A stretch of 64,000 nt of DNA from contig NW_027266286.1 in the NCBI RefSeq assembly GCF_022045235.1, positions 39,804,001 through 39,868,000 on the forward strand, written 5' to 3'. Positions within the stretch are counted from its first letter, which is position 1, and every line of letters starts with the position of its first letter. The notes below the pieces were generated by a model. That model ran no database searches, was not told the origin of the DNA, and saw only the letters and a list, made by a program, of their open reading frames with translations. Source of the stretch: Haliotis cracherodii (taxonomy: Eukaryota). A program made the translations under genes and the position numbers. Below are positions 27,110-40,510 of this stretch, piece by piece.

Positions 27110-27658
27110 GCTACAATACTTTCCACGATACTCCTTGACACTTGGATGATTATAGCTACAATACTTTCCACAATACTCCTTGACACTTGGATGATTATAG
27201 CTACAATACTTTCAACAATACTCCTTGACACTTGGATGATTATAGCTACAATACTTTCCACAATACTCCTTGACACTTGGATGATTATAGCTACAATACT
27301 TTCCACAATACTCCTTGACACTTGGATGATTATAGCTACAATACTTTCCACAATACTCCTTGACACTTGGATGATTATAGCTACAATACTTTCCACTATA
27401 CTTCTTGACACTTGGATGATTATAGCTACAATACTTTCCACGATACTCCTGGACACTTGGATGATTATAGCTACAATACTTTCCACAATACTCCTTGACA
27501 CTTGGATGATTATAGCTACAATACTTTCCACGATACTCCTTGACACTTGGATGATTATAGCTACAATACTTTCCACAATACTCCTTGACACTTGGATGAT
27601 TATAGTTACAATACTTTCCACAATACTCCTTGACACTTGGATGATTATAGCTACAATA
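27110..27658 (+). repeat. 45-bp minisatellite, about 12 copies
   Basis: Unit CTACAATACTTTCCACAATACTCCTTGACACTTGGATGATTATAG, near-identical copies. Confidence 0.97.
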
Positions 27659-27946
27659 TCAAATGAAACTCAGAAGACCGTCATCAAAAATACAATCACA
27701 GTGTTACAGGGAATGTTAACGTCACTGCTGATTCCTATCTCTAGGTGTGTATTATATGGTAAGCAAAACACACCATTCTGCCAAAACGTAGTTATACTAT
27801 ATACAGTTCATATCATGTCTCATGGATAGTTCAATGGTTTGTATGAGGATCCCATGCTTTTGTCCTCACTTATAACTGATATCAACTGCTACAAGACACA
27901 TAGTCGGTGCACTGTCACGCAGCTCCTGGGGGAGATGATTTCCTTT

Positions 27947-30900
27947 TCACTTCCGTCTCTCTGCCCTGAGTTTGAAGGGAGGGGGCAGCCCCGTGCCTAT
28001 GTCACTGTGTACGGCCTTGAGTGGGTCCGCCCCCGGGGGGAGGCTGAAGCTGAACCTCTGCATAAGGCTGGTTAGGAACATGAAGGTATCCATCTTAGCC
28101 AGAGACTCCCCTGGACACACACGGGCACCTGTCACAACAAAGAAAACGTTACACTATACAAGAATATACTGGTCGTTTGAAAAGAACGTTACACTATACA
28201 AGAATATACTGGTCGTTTGAAAAGGAACACTTCCCCAAAAGAGGGCAACTACACCCATGGAAACCAGCTGCAGTATATCATACTGACCTACCGTGCAGTC
28301 AGGTCATATCCTGGTATATCAACAAGTTATTTCTTAGTACCTTTGTATAGGCTTGTACACACTATGAGGTTGCTGGAACAATTCCATGTACCTTCACGCC
28401 GCGATATAACGGACATACTGTTCAAAGCGGCCTTAAACTTAACTCGCACTCTCCACGTACCTCCACTGAAGGGCATGAATGCTTCAGGTCTGCACACCTG
28501 GCCTTCTGCATCCAGGAAGTGGGTGGGGTCAAATTTGTCCGGATCCGCCCACGTATTGGCGGCGTAGTGGATTGACCACAGGTTGATAAACACGAACGTG
28601 TCTTTGGGGATGTTATAGCCGTTGATGACAACGTCACGCGTCGTTGCGTGAGGGACAGCTGCGGGGGAATACAATGAAATGTGAATACACATTAGTACCT
28701 GTAAAAGAGGTACCTCACGTATGGCCGAGACACGACGTGACGACCTGCAACACTGTCACACTCCTTTCTACATTGTCCGGACCTACTGAATGACGGCGTA
28801 TCACTAGTGCATATGACAGAAAGAGATTTTATCGTGTGTTTTCTATATCATGATCTCCATTGGCATAATTACCTAACGGGGCCACTGTTGAGAAGCGTAG
28901 GATCTCAAGTATCGTTGCCTCTGAAATATGAACAGTCGCCAAGTGATATATTCTCATTAATTATCTAATAACTAACAGTAATATTTAGTTATATGTGACA
29001 ATTTGAACCAAAATATACCTAAATCTCGATAGCTCCTTTCTTCATATTCAGAACTATTTAGTGTGTGTGTGTGTGTGGAGCTAGGGGGGGGGGGGGGGGG
29101 GGGGGGGGAGGAGGAGGAGGCGTGAGTAGAGACACCAAATAGTATCACGAACAGTAAAAGTAACAGTAATAGTAAGTAGTAATTGGCATAACTCATGAAA
29201 CAATCTAGTCAAGTACACAAAAATATTGTTTCATTTGGTTGTTGTTTATCGCCACACTCACACTATTCGAGCATTTAAAAAGTAAAAAAAGGTATCCTTA
29301 TCACACATGAGTCATGAGTAGTAGGGCAATGTCAGCGCAAAAGCACAAGGACTTACACGTTAATTCATTCATTAACGTAAGATATAATCATAAGCATGTT
29401 ATGAACAGGTTCGTACCCATATATGGCATGTTGTGTCGGTCACTCATTTTCGGATTGCGTGCATGGCCAATGACGTCATTGATTTCTGCCTGTAGGCGTT
29501 TGTATACTTCCGGGTGCGCCACCAGTAGTGCCAGAGACCAGACTAGAGTCCGAGTGGTGGTCTCACTTCCGGCAATATACAAGTCTCCCAAGAACCAGTG
29601 GAGCTGGTCATCTGATAACACAGTTATAGTAATATCCTAATGCACGTGCTACAGATTCCCGCTATACGTCTGTTGTCTGATATATGCTGCACTCATAACA
29701 GATGTTGGCAGTTTAATGGAGTACAAAAGGGTATTTGGGGCGACAAATATGATTTTTTAGGACCATTCCCATCCCTGTAATAGATTTTGTTGTTTGTTGT
29801 TTAACGCCGCACTCAGCAATATATTCCAGCTCAATATGGCGGCTCCTATAGTAAATGACGTCTACTGAATGGTGTACAATGTCCTTTATTCTAACAGCCT
29901 CGTCAGACTCATTCAAAATCTGTTTTAATGCACAATGTGTCTGAAATAAACTACTGAATGTCCACAACTCCTTGTTGTTTGACATTGAAAGCCTGTGTTG
30001 CACGCCAGGTGACCGATACAGGCTCTGCTCTACTCAGTATTCAGCGTTGTGGTTTTTTTTATATTTACATAAATATATGGAACTGTACACTCGAACTGCA
30101 TGTACACTCGAATTGTAAATACTTATATATATAAAGAGAATCCCCAAAGAGAATAGGGGATATGTAAATGTTATGATCAGTCTTCAAAATATAATTTTTC
30201 AAAGATGAGAGAGATAAGGAACCTAAGTCACAACACACCCCAAACTTTGGGGAAGTACCCAATATTTTCAATGTGCCTCAGGCTGTGATTTGCAGACTTT
30301 AGAACAGGTTTCTGCTGACACAAAATGTTAATGATCGGCCCTGGCTTTAAGTTAACGAGTCCAAACAACCAATCAAATTGCTGTTCACATAGGCCGGGGC
30401 ACCGAGTTCAAGTCGCTGAAAAGAGGATCAGATTATATGATCGTCTGCAAGCAGTAATCTGCATGCTCGGCTGTCACCATTAACAAATCAGCCTGAAGTC
30501 TCTGCACCAACTCTCCCTCAATTTGTCATTGGCAGACTGATTCGGACCATGTCACGTCGTAGAAACGAATGTTTGACCAAGTCATCTCAAACTTTAATTT
30601 TTGACTGCACACTCCTGTCTTCTTTCCTGGTAGTTTGCACCCTCACAATACACCCTCAACATGTTCTGTCGACTGTCATGTTACACCTAGTCCTTCCAGT
30701 TTTTTAACCATGCATCAGCATTACTCCATAGCTCATTGTATTTCCGTAATCATCTGTTATTTTCTATTTTATTCATATTATATAACTAGTGATACGAATG
30801 TCGGATAACGTATCGAGCGATGTGTTTTGTTTTAAATTGTATAGTTCAAAACACAGAGTATAGTTCAGATTAGGATATAGGACTAATATACATACATACC

Positions 30901-33900
30901 TGTAAAGGATGAGCTGTGATCTCCGCTTTCCCGCGCTTTGTGTTGTTCCAGTAGGAAGGCATCGATGACGTCATAAACCTCGTTCTCCGGTCGGAAATGC
31001 TGCCTGTGTTCGTCTACTATTCCTTGTATTACGTCTAGAAAAGAAATAACCCAGCAGTGAACAGCCACGCCGGATCGTCCCAATTATTCCACACGTACGT
31101 ACACACATACGCACTGTCGTGAACACCCTGCTTGTGGACACACTACCCTAGGAATATTTATATCCTATTATATAGTAACCCTTCCTGGCGCACCTATAAA
31201 CTTTCCACAGGTGTCATAGATCTTGTTCAGCAGCTTCCGGTAGGAGGGGAGGAACCGGAGCCAGGACACGAACTGCACGAGCGCCGCCTTCTTGGTTGGG
31301 TTCTTCTCTTGGTCGAACGTCTGCAGTAGTGTCAGGAAGCGCTCGTCATCATACTCGAACCTGTCGGCAGCCATCAGGTAGGGGAGATGAGTTAGTACAG
31401 TACCGAGTATTTACTGAGTGAGTGTGTGAATGTCGTCCAATGCGTCAGTCAGCATTGTTCCAGCTTATGGGGGTTGCCTGCAAATATTCGAGTCTTGGCC
31501 AGGAAAACCAGTGACTGAACCCATGAGCAACGCCCCAACGCCCATCAGCCATGTCACCGGGACTGACTACACATTCAGTCTTAAGATGTACATGTATTAT
31601 ATGAAAGTTGTGTGTTACAACTAACGCGTGTAGGTATACTTTCCTGCCTCAAGGTTTATAGTGAACATGTGTGCCTGCATGGTAGTCTTTGGCATATGCC
31701 TCAACTCAGATTTGACAATGTCGCAGTATGTGTCATGGTGCCAAAAGACATAGATGTTGGGAGACAGACGACGCTCGGGAATCAATATAGAGTTGTTTGT
31801 TCAAAAATACTAAGGTCTGTTATAGACACACTGAAAGTACCGTGACCCGAAGCAGATGTTACAGATGATGTTGGAGACCCCCTTAAAGATGACAGGATAA
31901 GGCTCGAACGTCTCTCCGATCATCTTGTCGAATGTTGACGACAGCACCTGTCGGTGGAAACGTTCTTTGTACACACATGCACGACCTGAATCACTTTGGA
32001 TCTTCGCCCACAATTAGCTCACACACCGAAATATTGCTGTATAATGTTCAAACTTCCGTCCGACCAAACCCACAACACATTCGCGTCATTGTAGGCAATA
32101 GCTATAATTCAGTATCAGCTGTTCTATCAGCCACGGCTGCGGGCTCCTCGGCGCCCCCGTTACACATCTTCTGTTCGTCCAAACCGAGTTCTAGTCACTT
32201 CGCATTTTATTTTAAACGTAATTACCCCGACCTGTACGTAATTGAGGAGTTCAGTCACTTTATATAAATTATCCCGACCTGTACGTAATTCAGGTGTTCA
32301 ATCACTTTATACATATTACCCCGGCCAGTACGTAATTCAGGTGTTCAGTCATTTTATACATATTACCCAGACCTGTACGTAATTCAGGTGTTCAGTCACT
32401 TTATACATATTACCCCGACCTGTACGTAATTCAGGTGTTCAGTCACTTTATACATATTACCCAGACCTGTACGTAATTCAGGTGTTCAGTCACTTTAAAC
32501 ATATTACCCAGACCTGTACGTAATTCCGGTGTTCAGTCACTTTATACATATTACCCCGACCTGTGCGTAATTCAGGTGTTCAGTCACTTTATACATATTA
32601 CCCCGACCTGTACGTAATTCAGGTGTTCAGTCACTTTATACATATTACCCCGAACCGTATGTAATTCAGGTGTTCAGTCACTTTATACATATTACCCCGA
32701 CCTGTACGTAATTCAGGTGTTCAGTCACTTTATACATATTACCCCGACCTGTACGAAATTCAGGTGTTCAGTCACTTTATACATATTACCCAGACCTGTA
32801 CGTTATTCAGGTGTTCGGTCACTTTATACATATTGCCCCGACCTGTACGTAATTCAGGTGTTCAGTCACTGTATACATATTGCCCAGACCTGTACGTAAT
32901 TCAGGTGTTCAGTCACTTTATACATATTACCCAGACCTGTACGTAATTCAGGTGTTCAGTCACTTTATACATATTACCCAGACCTGTACGTAATTCAGGT
33001 GTTCAGTCACTTTATACATATTACCCAGACCTGTACGTAATTCAGGTGTTCAGTCAGTTTATACATATTACCCAGACCTGTACGTAATTCAGGTGTTCAG
33101 TCACTTTATACATATTACCCAGACCTGTAGGTAATTCGGTGAAAAACATCGGTGATTTTGAACTGAAAAACACCTTATACTTCACCCCTGACAGTATGGT
33201 TTCTGCAGACAAAGGTAGTTCAGAAGGGCACAAGTATTGATAGAAATAGAAGAATCCCACGCGCATAGATTTAAGCTGGACGAAGTGTGCGCGGAAATTT
33301 CCCCCAAGTTCCATACATATACATTTTTTATATCCTTGGTTTATTACCTCAGTGACGCCATACTAGACACTGGTATTTTGACCTTCATCAAGGGATTCAT
33401 CTGGGTACAACCGAAACGACCCTAAACAATTATATATGTTGTCACCCTCGGCTGTCCTAGGATATGCTCCACACACTTATATATGCTATAACGGGTAGCT
33501 GCATACATATCTCACATACTGTAACAGACCAACAATAGCGGCCCATGGTGCCGAGGATGTTCCATAACCTTCTCACCTCCATCTCCTGGACGATCTTCTC
33601 CTCCAGCTCGATCTTCCCCACTCTCCCGATCTCCCGGAGACAGGAGAAGGCAAACTTCCGCTGCTCCTTCAGCCGCCTTCCCCCGTACGGCAATTGAGAC
33701 AGCCCGTTAACCCCCGTCACGGTGTTGTTGATGTAGAGGGAGGGGCGGCCAGCGAAGGCGTCGGCCTCTCCTACCAGAGTCGCTACAAGACAACATCATG
33801 CCACGATCTTCATCAAGAGCATCAGCCACTCATGATCATCGATGCAGGCGATACAAATACGATTAATGACAAAACTCCTTTGGCTAACATAATGTTAAGT

Positions 33901-34187
33901 CTTGAAAATATGTAAATCTTACCTTTTATGACGTCGTATCCATTCAAGACAACCATGAGCCTGTTCGCGAAGTACAGTTTGAACACCGGGCCGTACTGCT
34001 TTGCGAACTTCATGAAGTTAATCTCTGGTCTCAGACCAAAATCTTTGAGATTTCCGAACAGGAAATGGCCGGAGGGGCCGGGCGGAAGATTCCGGGGTCG
34101 AGACTGCCGCCACCACCACGCCAGGGCCAAAACGGCCCCAAACACCAGCCCTGTACTCAAGCCCGGCAGCAAGCAGCACCAAGACAT
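27947..34187 (-). CDS. Cytochrome P450, clan 2-like, 500 aa. Exons: 33923-34187, 33577-33782, 31841-31947, 31194-31360, 30900-31034, 29417-29611, 28873-28920, 28461-28658, 27947-28128
   Basis: Nine GT-AG exons total 1503 nt in consistent phase; N-terminal TM anchor plus PPGP, I-helix AGSETT, K-helix EILR (48-nt exon), haem motif FSGGARVCPG. Confidence 0.93.
28141..28224 (+). repeat. 40-bp tandem duplication next to the last CYP splice acceptor
   Basis: AACGTTACACTATACAAGAATATACTGGTCGTTTGAAAAG x2. Confidence 0.9.
32220..33135 (+). repeat. 47-bp minisatellite, array 1 (about 19 copies), in CYP intron 2
   Basis: Unit ATTACCCAGACCTGTACGTAATTCAGGTGTTCAGTCACTTTATACAT. Confidence 0.97.
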
Positions 34188-34216
34188 CGTGCGCTCTTCC
34201 GAATGCTGATAACATA

Positions 34217-34465
34217 CGAGAGGCGTTCAATACGTTTTGCAACTTTCAATATAATCTCCATTCACCTCAATACACTTATTCCATTTGTCCTTCAAGCTTT
34301 TAATACCATTTTTATAGAAATCCGCAGATTGGCCCTCTAACCACGCCTCTGTGGCAGCCGTTATGTCCTCGTCATCCTGGAAGCGTCTTCCATGTAGGGC
34401 AGATTTCATTTGCCGGAACAAGAAATAGACTCACTGGGGGCTAAGTCTGGGCCGTAGGGTGGGTC
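34217..34465 (-). mobile_element. 3' fragment of a second mariner family
   Basis: TA|CGAGAGGCGTTCAATA terminus; peptide PYGPDLAP...FRQMKSALHGRRF...FYKNGIKSLKDKWNKCIEVNGDYIE is a mariner C-terminus. Confidence 0.88.
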
Positions 34466-34947
34466 ATTTAACTGTACAGTCCAGACTTAGTCACAATGCT
34501 ACAACCATTAGTGTGTCTGGCAAGACAAACCAATGGTTGTATCATTGAGTCTTGGCCAGACACACTAATCAGACATACTTGTCAGCATTTTGTGTTTTCT
34601 TAAACGACTGAATGTGACCTTGACAGTGGGGTGAAAAAGAGCGAATCCTGTTTTACGCCGACGTAATCATATCAGCCATGTCATACTAATATCACGGCGA
34701 GCTGGTAATCGGGCCTGGGCTTGACAGTATGAGTAACTTCCACAACCAGGACAATCTTCCTCCATCAGGGCAACTTTAGCCTCACTACCACAATCATGGG
34801 CTACTGGGGGCATCCCGAAAGCCCTGCCTCTTATAGTCTAATACTGTACGTCCATTTCTAGATGAGTGAGGTTAATCGCGACAGATTGCACTGGATCACT
34901 GGATCACAGCCTTTTAACAGACAAATGAAGTATGATAAAAAGCGCCT

Positions 34948-35270
34948 TGGGATACGTAGCTTAGTGCCAAGGAACACGTAGCTTAGAGCATAGGGATACG
35001 TAGCTTAGTACATAGGGATACGTAGCTTAGTACATAGGGATACGTAGCTTAGAGCATAGGGATACGTAGCTTAGTGCATAGGGATGCTTAGCTTAGTACA
35101 TAGGGATACGTAGCTTAGTACATAGGGATACGTAGCTTAGAGCATAGGGATACGTAGCTTAGTGCATAGGGATACTTAGCTTAGTACATAGGGATACGTA
35201 GCTTAGTACATAGGGATACGTAGCTTAGAGCATAGGGATACGTAGCTTAGTGCATAGGGATACTTAGCTT
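34948..35270 (+). repeat. 22-bp minisatellite with an 88-bp higher-order repeat
   Basis: Unit CATAGGGATACGTAGCTTAGTA; variants recur as TA,TA,AG,TG three times. Confidence 0.93.
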
Positions 35271-36822
35271 TAAAAAATAACACTGACCCATTTATGCTAC
35301 GAGGTCTCGAAGGATACATGTCAATAAGTGTAGTATGTTTGTTTTACAACCATCTGCGCCTGATTGAATGATACAAACTGACAGGAGTTTTTCTGCATAG
35401 AACACATCGTCTGAAACAACACAAATCTTATTGATCTTATGTGCCTACCTGTTTATGTTAGGAATATATACTTCCTTTCCCCGCTATAACGTTGATATAC
35501 ACGCACTAACTAGTCTGCTTCCACGATCACGTTCAGTGAAGTAACGTGTTCTGTTCACTGTGTCCCATGACTTATAGTGCACTGGTGTAGCGTGCTCGTT
35601 GTGGCACATGCGTTGTGCAATCAGTATTACAGATTGACCTACACCCTCTCATACCAGCATACAGATGTTGATAAGGCGGAAGCGAATGGTTTGCTGACTC
35701 GACGATCTCCATGCAGGTGATAAGGAAAATATTGACAAATGTGGCACACAACTGGTAGTACTGTTGGCTTAACTTGCCAGTTTAGTTACATTCATTAGAC
35801 TGGATTAGCTGCTCGTTTCAAACTCCAAAATTAAGCTTACAATTACATAGCTGTACAGTTCACAACACATTCATCAGTGGGCGTTGTTTAGTCCTACAGC
35901 GATTGTCTACCCTTGATTCTTATATACACTCGTGTTAATTACATATACAGAAAACAGCCAAAGTTGTTGTGCTCATTTCAATTTATTGAAATAAAAAACT
36001 GGAAATGTATAATATCTACTGTAAAGTCCTTTTCATAATTCATTTTGCTATCCTCCCCGAGCCCGACAAACCACCCATCACAGCTAGGGTAACGTGTACA
36101 GTCCCCTAACGCAGAACTAATCTAAACTAATCGAAAGAAGGCTAACCTATACAGTCCTTCCACTGGCGTAGAATCTCCCCTTAACTTATCTAAACTAGGC
36201 CAATTTATAACCTACACAGCCATTCCTCTGCGTAGAATCTACCCTAAACTCACCTAAACAAGAATCTACCTTTAGACAGGGTAAACATGTACAGTCCTTC
36301 TTGAGCCGCATAAGCCACCCAACACAGGCTCAGCCTGCATTAGAAGCCTCTAAACAGGGTCAAGCTATCTCAGCTCCGACACTCTTCTCTTATAATCGTG
36401 GGGTGATAACAATTACAGGGAAAATGTGGTTCTATGGGGGACTTACAGGGGTGTATAGCTGGGCATGGCACCAGGGAGATACCTGTTTTCGTGTAGACGA
36501 TCACAGTTCCCAGTATTTATTACTGCCCTGCTTTCCTCACATGCATGGGCCCGACAGCATTTAAATAGATTGTGGCAGAGATCTAGCTCAGTTCTCGCAC
36601 ATGGTAAGTCGGGGAAATTGTGGGATACTGAATCACTTGTTGCACAATGAATTACCCACAGGTGTCAGTTTACCAATATCTACTCATGCTAAAAATGTGC
36701 CATAATGCATGGAGCGTTGGGTCTCCATGCTATAATCCGTCATCTCCGTCATCATTTCACTTGGACAGTCCTCATGAATCCTCCTCCTACGACCTATGCC
36801 GGTAATAGTAACAACTGGATTC

Positions 36823-37530
36823 TTAGCTCACCTGACCTGAAAGGCTTATATTGTCGCATGTCATCGTCCATAAATGTTGTACAGTTTCCGCTTCTCGGGA
36901 AAGATCGATCGACTTGTGGATGGTTGTTACTATAAGGAGGTTCAAGTTTTTTAAGGTTTCAAAATTGTAATTTCAATATGGCCACCATCTTCTTCAAACG
37001 TAAAAACGTATATTGAAATAGCCATATCATTTTTGTTTAAAATGGAATGACATTGGTACATGTGTAGTTAGTAGTTGGGTTCAGCATTTAGGTTCCGCTT
37101 GTTTTTGTTGTGATATTTAAAATTATGACCTTCTTTGACTTTTCACTTGGAAAGCTGAAACTTATGGCCATTACTATATTGGCATGTGGCATTTGGTTAG
37201 TTTGCTGTGTGATCTAACACGCATGTAATGTAGATATACACGTTTTAACCTTGTATTGACCGTGATTGTAAATTCTCTCAAAATGCATAATTGGAATATT
37301 TGAAATTGCCAGACCAAGGGAACTAAACTTTGGCGTTTATGCTTCTGCAAGGATCACATTGTTGAGACCATTGAGTTGAGTGTTGGTATTTCATGTTTTA
37401 GTCCGCAGAAATAATGCAGATAATATTTGAATGAGGACGTTGACAAGCAAAATGTTAAGTGGCTGTCTTTGTTGATATGTTCAATATCTGACTGAATGTC
37501 CAGGTGAGCTACAGAGACGTGGCATTATTT
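36823..37530. mobile_element. Helentron/HINE-like non-autonomous element
   Basis: TTAGCTCACCTG at the 5' end and inverted CAGGTGAGCT near the 3' end before a T-run; resembles mollusc HINE ends (from memory). Confidence 0.55.
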
Positions 37531-37979
37531 TTAACATAATTGTCCATCGTGCATTAATAACATGTGATAATCCTCAATTTCTCGGACCTGTGAAGATCTG
37601 GCCAGTTGCCTTTTACGGCAAGCATGGATTGCTGAAGAACATTTCTAACCCGGATCTTCACGTGCAGACCATGTAGTACCCGTACACACATTCTGAAGGT
37701 AGTGTGCGGTATAGCACACATCACAACACATCTATGTACAAGTCCACTCTTGTTTCGGGCGTAACTACATTTGTCTACACAAGCGGACAAAGGCAACCGT
37801 GCTTCATATACAGTGATATAAATGTTATGTTATGACAACTTAATACATATACAACTGTATATATTTAGCCATTCGTCTTATCCATGTTTTATTACAAACG
37901 ATTCGTTGACAAAACCCATACCTGGTAACAGGAGACGTGTTCTGTGAGGTCTTGAGAAACAGCTGGCCATGGCACTGCA

Positions 37980-38480
37980 ACAATGATATCCTGCCTCATA
38001 AGTGTTACAACACGTGCACCATGTGGGCGGGCATTAGCCTGCTGCAACGTGACTTTACGTCCCTACATTGCACAAAGTGTAGAACATTATCTTGATGTCG
38101 TCCTGGTAGCCTACGCCATTCAAATTGCCATTAACAGTGGTGAGTTGTGTTCTCCCATGAGTTGTGATGCCACACCATACCATTACACTTCCACCCCCAA
38201 ACAAACGACGTTGAGTAACGCAAGCGTCGACGTCTCTAAAACGTTGTCCTGACGCTTGTAGACCTTGCAAGACCTTCAGAGCTATCCAGATGAAAGCTGG
38301 ACTCATCTGTGAACTGTGCTCTGTACCAATCTTGTCTTCAGAACCTCAGATGCTGTCTTCACCAAGCTAGGCGTGCAACATTGGACGTATCGCTGGACGA
38401 CGTGACCGGTTGTTGAGTTCCCTCAACCGGTTGCGCGTTAATCTGCCGCTAGTTGATCTCAAACCAGAAATTGTCCGTGC
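37980..38480 (-). pseudogene. Degenerate Tc1-like transposase fragment
   Basis: FTDES, GGGSVMVWCGITTHGRT and QQANARPH motifs across frames. Confidence 0.75.
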
Positions 38481-39519
38481 TGTTGATGTGACAATACTGT
38501 TTAGTATCGACTGCAGGTCCATGGCAAGTTATGAGGGTCGCCACTTTGTAGATAAGGCTGATTTACGTTGTTTAAACATAAAACAAAAGTGTTTTGTGAG
38601 CTCTCGGTAGCTAACAACCTTTGTGTGCTGTTCACATTTTTTTTTAAAAAACGCGTGTGAGTCCACACATTTACTCCTCTAAAAATAATCTTTACTGGTG
38701 CTGATTTCATGTGGGATAGAGTTAGCTAGAATTGCATTTTTATAATCTAGATTGGTTTTGATTTATTAAATACATATATTCCACATTCGTGATGCAGGAC
38801 TATAATACGGTTAAGGAAGAGAATATATGGATGTCAACTTCTTTATTATGAGGAATACAACGTTACGGTTGCTATGCAGTGTAACAGTGACGCGTAACTT
38901 GATTAAAACCCACCCCACAGCGCAGCAAGTCACGTCGACACGAAACAGGCTCCAGTTGCTTGAAGACAATCATTCTTGATTAACGCAGCCCGAGGGCAGT
39001 AATCTTTTTTGTTATCTAAAATACAGTGATTTTTACTGCTTGCAGCCCCGACGCTTTGGGAAATCCCCTTCTTATGATGCCAGAGTGAAAAGAAAACACA
39101 TGGTTTGACAAATAAGTCCTTATTGAAGAAATAGCTATGCCCAAAATCACAAATAGAGGAAGAATTATTGATTCTTTAAGTATAAACATCTGTGTATGTA
39201 TGCATGACAAAGACGCCGAAACAGCCATCAGCAAAGTTTCTCAATTTAATTAATGAAAATCAAACCCTTTTGCACATGAAAGTAAGATTACGCCTGTTCA
39301 AGTGATATCTGCTTGTCTCGATTTCTTTAACAAATTTCGCCTTTATCGACACGTCTAGTGCATTGGAACGATGCCCAAATGTGGGTAGAAATAAGACGCA
39401 ACGACGCACTAAACAGCACAGTGACGGGAGCCCTTTACTCAGGTCATGAAATGGGACCGTGTGTTACTCATGGAAGTCAAGTGAGCCCTACTTCGTGCAT
39501 GAACTTTGAACATGTAAGG

Positions 39520-39725
39520 ATCCTTTTAGAGAATAGGTCTTCAGCAACCCATGCTTGCCGTTAGAGCCGACTAACGAGATCGGATGGTCAGGGTAGCTGA
39601 CTTGCGTGGATCGATGCTTATGATGTCAATTACTTGATTGTCTGGTCCAGACTCGATTATTTACAGACCGCCGTCAAGAAGTTGGCATTTTCCTGAATGC
39701 GGCGTTAAACAACAAACAACAAACA
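39520..39725 (+). mobile_element. SINE 3' half (core plus ...GCGTTAAACAACAAAC tail); other fragments at about 7100-7175(-), 29785-29850(-) and 45515-45690(+)
   Basis: Shared segment tctggtccagactcgattatttacagaccgccgtca...gcgttaaacaac in several dispersed copies. Confidence 0.7.
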
Positions 39726-40510
39726 GCAAGAAGCATGAAGTTTGTGTAAATCCTACTTTGCCCGACATTAAAGTAATGCATACAGATACAGGCCGCAACG
39801 CTATGGCACAAAGCCAGACAGTGGCTTGACTCGGTGGCGACTGTACAGCGACGCAGTGACGGATGAAGTAGTGTCAACAAACCCGTGAAGTATTGATGGT
39901 GCGTCTCAACATAGTTAAAGATACAACAAACTAACGTTTTGTGAATACGTTTAATCAGAACTGCATGTTTTAGTTTCAGATACACAAAACATGACCACTT
40001 ATACATTACTCTCCGTCGGTATAAAGTGAGTGAGTGAGGGAGTATGTCTTTACACCGCTTCTCGCAAAATTCCAGCAATATCACGACGGTGGAAAACAGA
40101 AATAGGCTTCACACATTGTAACTATATGGGGAATCGAACTCGTGTATTCGGTGTTACGAGTGGACCACTAGGTACACTCCCGTCCGTCGTTATTATTATG
40201 TGCGAAAAGGCTCAACATATATATACAGTCGTCTGTGGTGTGACAACAGCCACGCAACCTGCCCTCCAGGTGTCCATGGGTGTATTTATTGAATTTGACT
40301 TTGTGCATACGACATAGCTCAAATGGCGAACATCATTATGAGATCACAGAAATATGCAGGTCAAATTGAAGGAGGTACAATAATAAATAGTCATTTTAAA
40401 CAACGTGTTTATCATAAATAATACATCAGGTCCTTTATTCGCTTTGCATTCGTCCGATGAGCTATTTATATTCGCACTATTTTGAGTCCCGTACCATAAC
40501 AGAGCATGTA

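Noticed and set aside
27038-27829. 263-aa and 191-aa repeat ORFs on opposite strands
   Set aside because: By-product of a 45-bp (3n) unit; the plus-strand start lies in a SINE tail; no splice or promoter support
28690-28745. AIREV segment as the P450 ExxR exon
   Set aside because: No phase-compatible acceptor and no Arg; the exon at 28873-28920 (EATILEILRFSTVAPL) fits exactly
32220-33135. CRISPR-like array of palindromic repeats (also 46905-47751)
   Set aside because: Units are head-to-tail with no unique spacers, there are no cas genes, and the context is a eukaryotic intron
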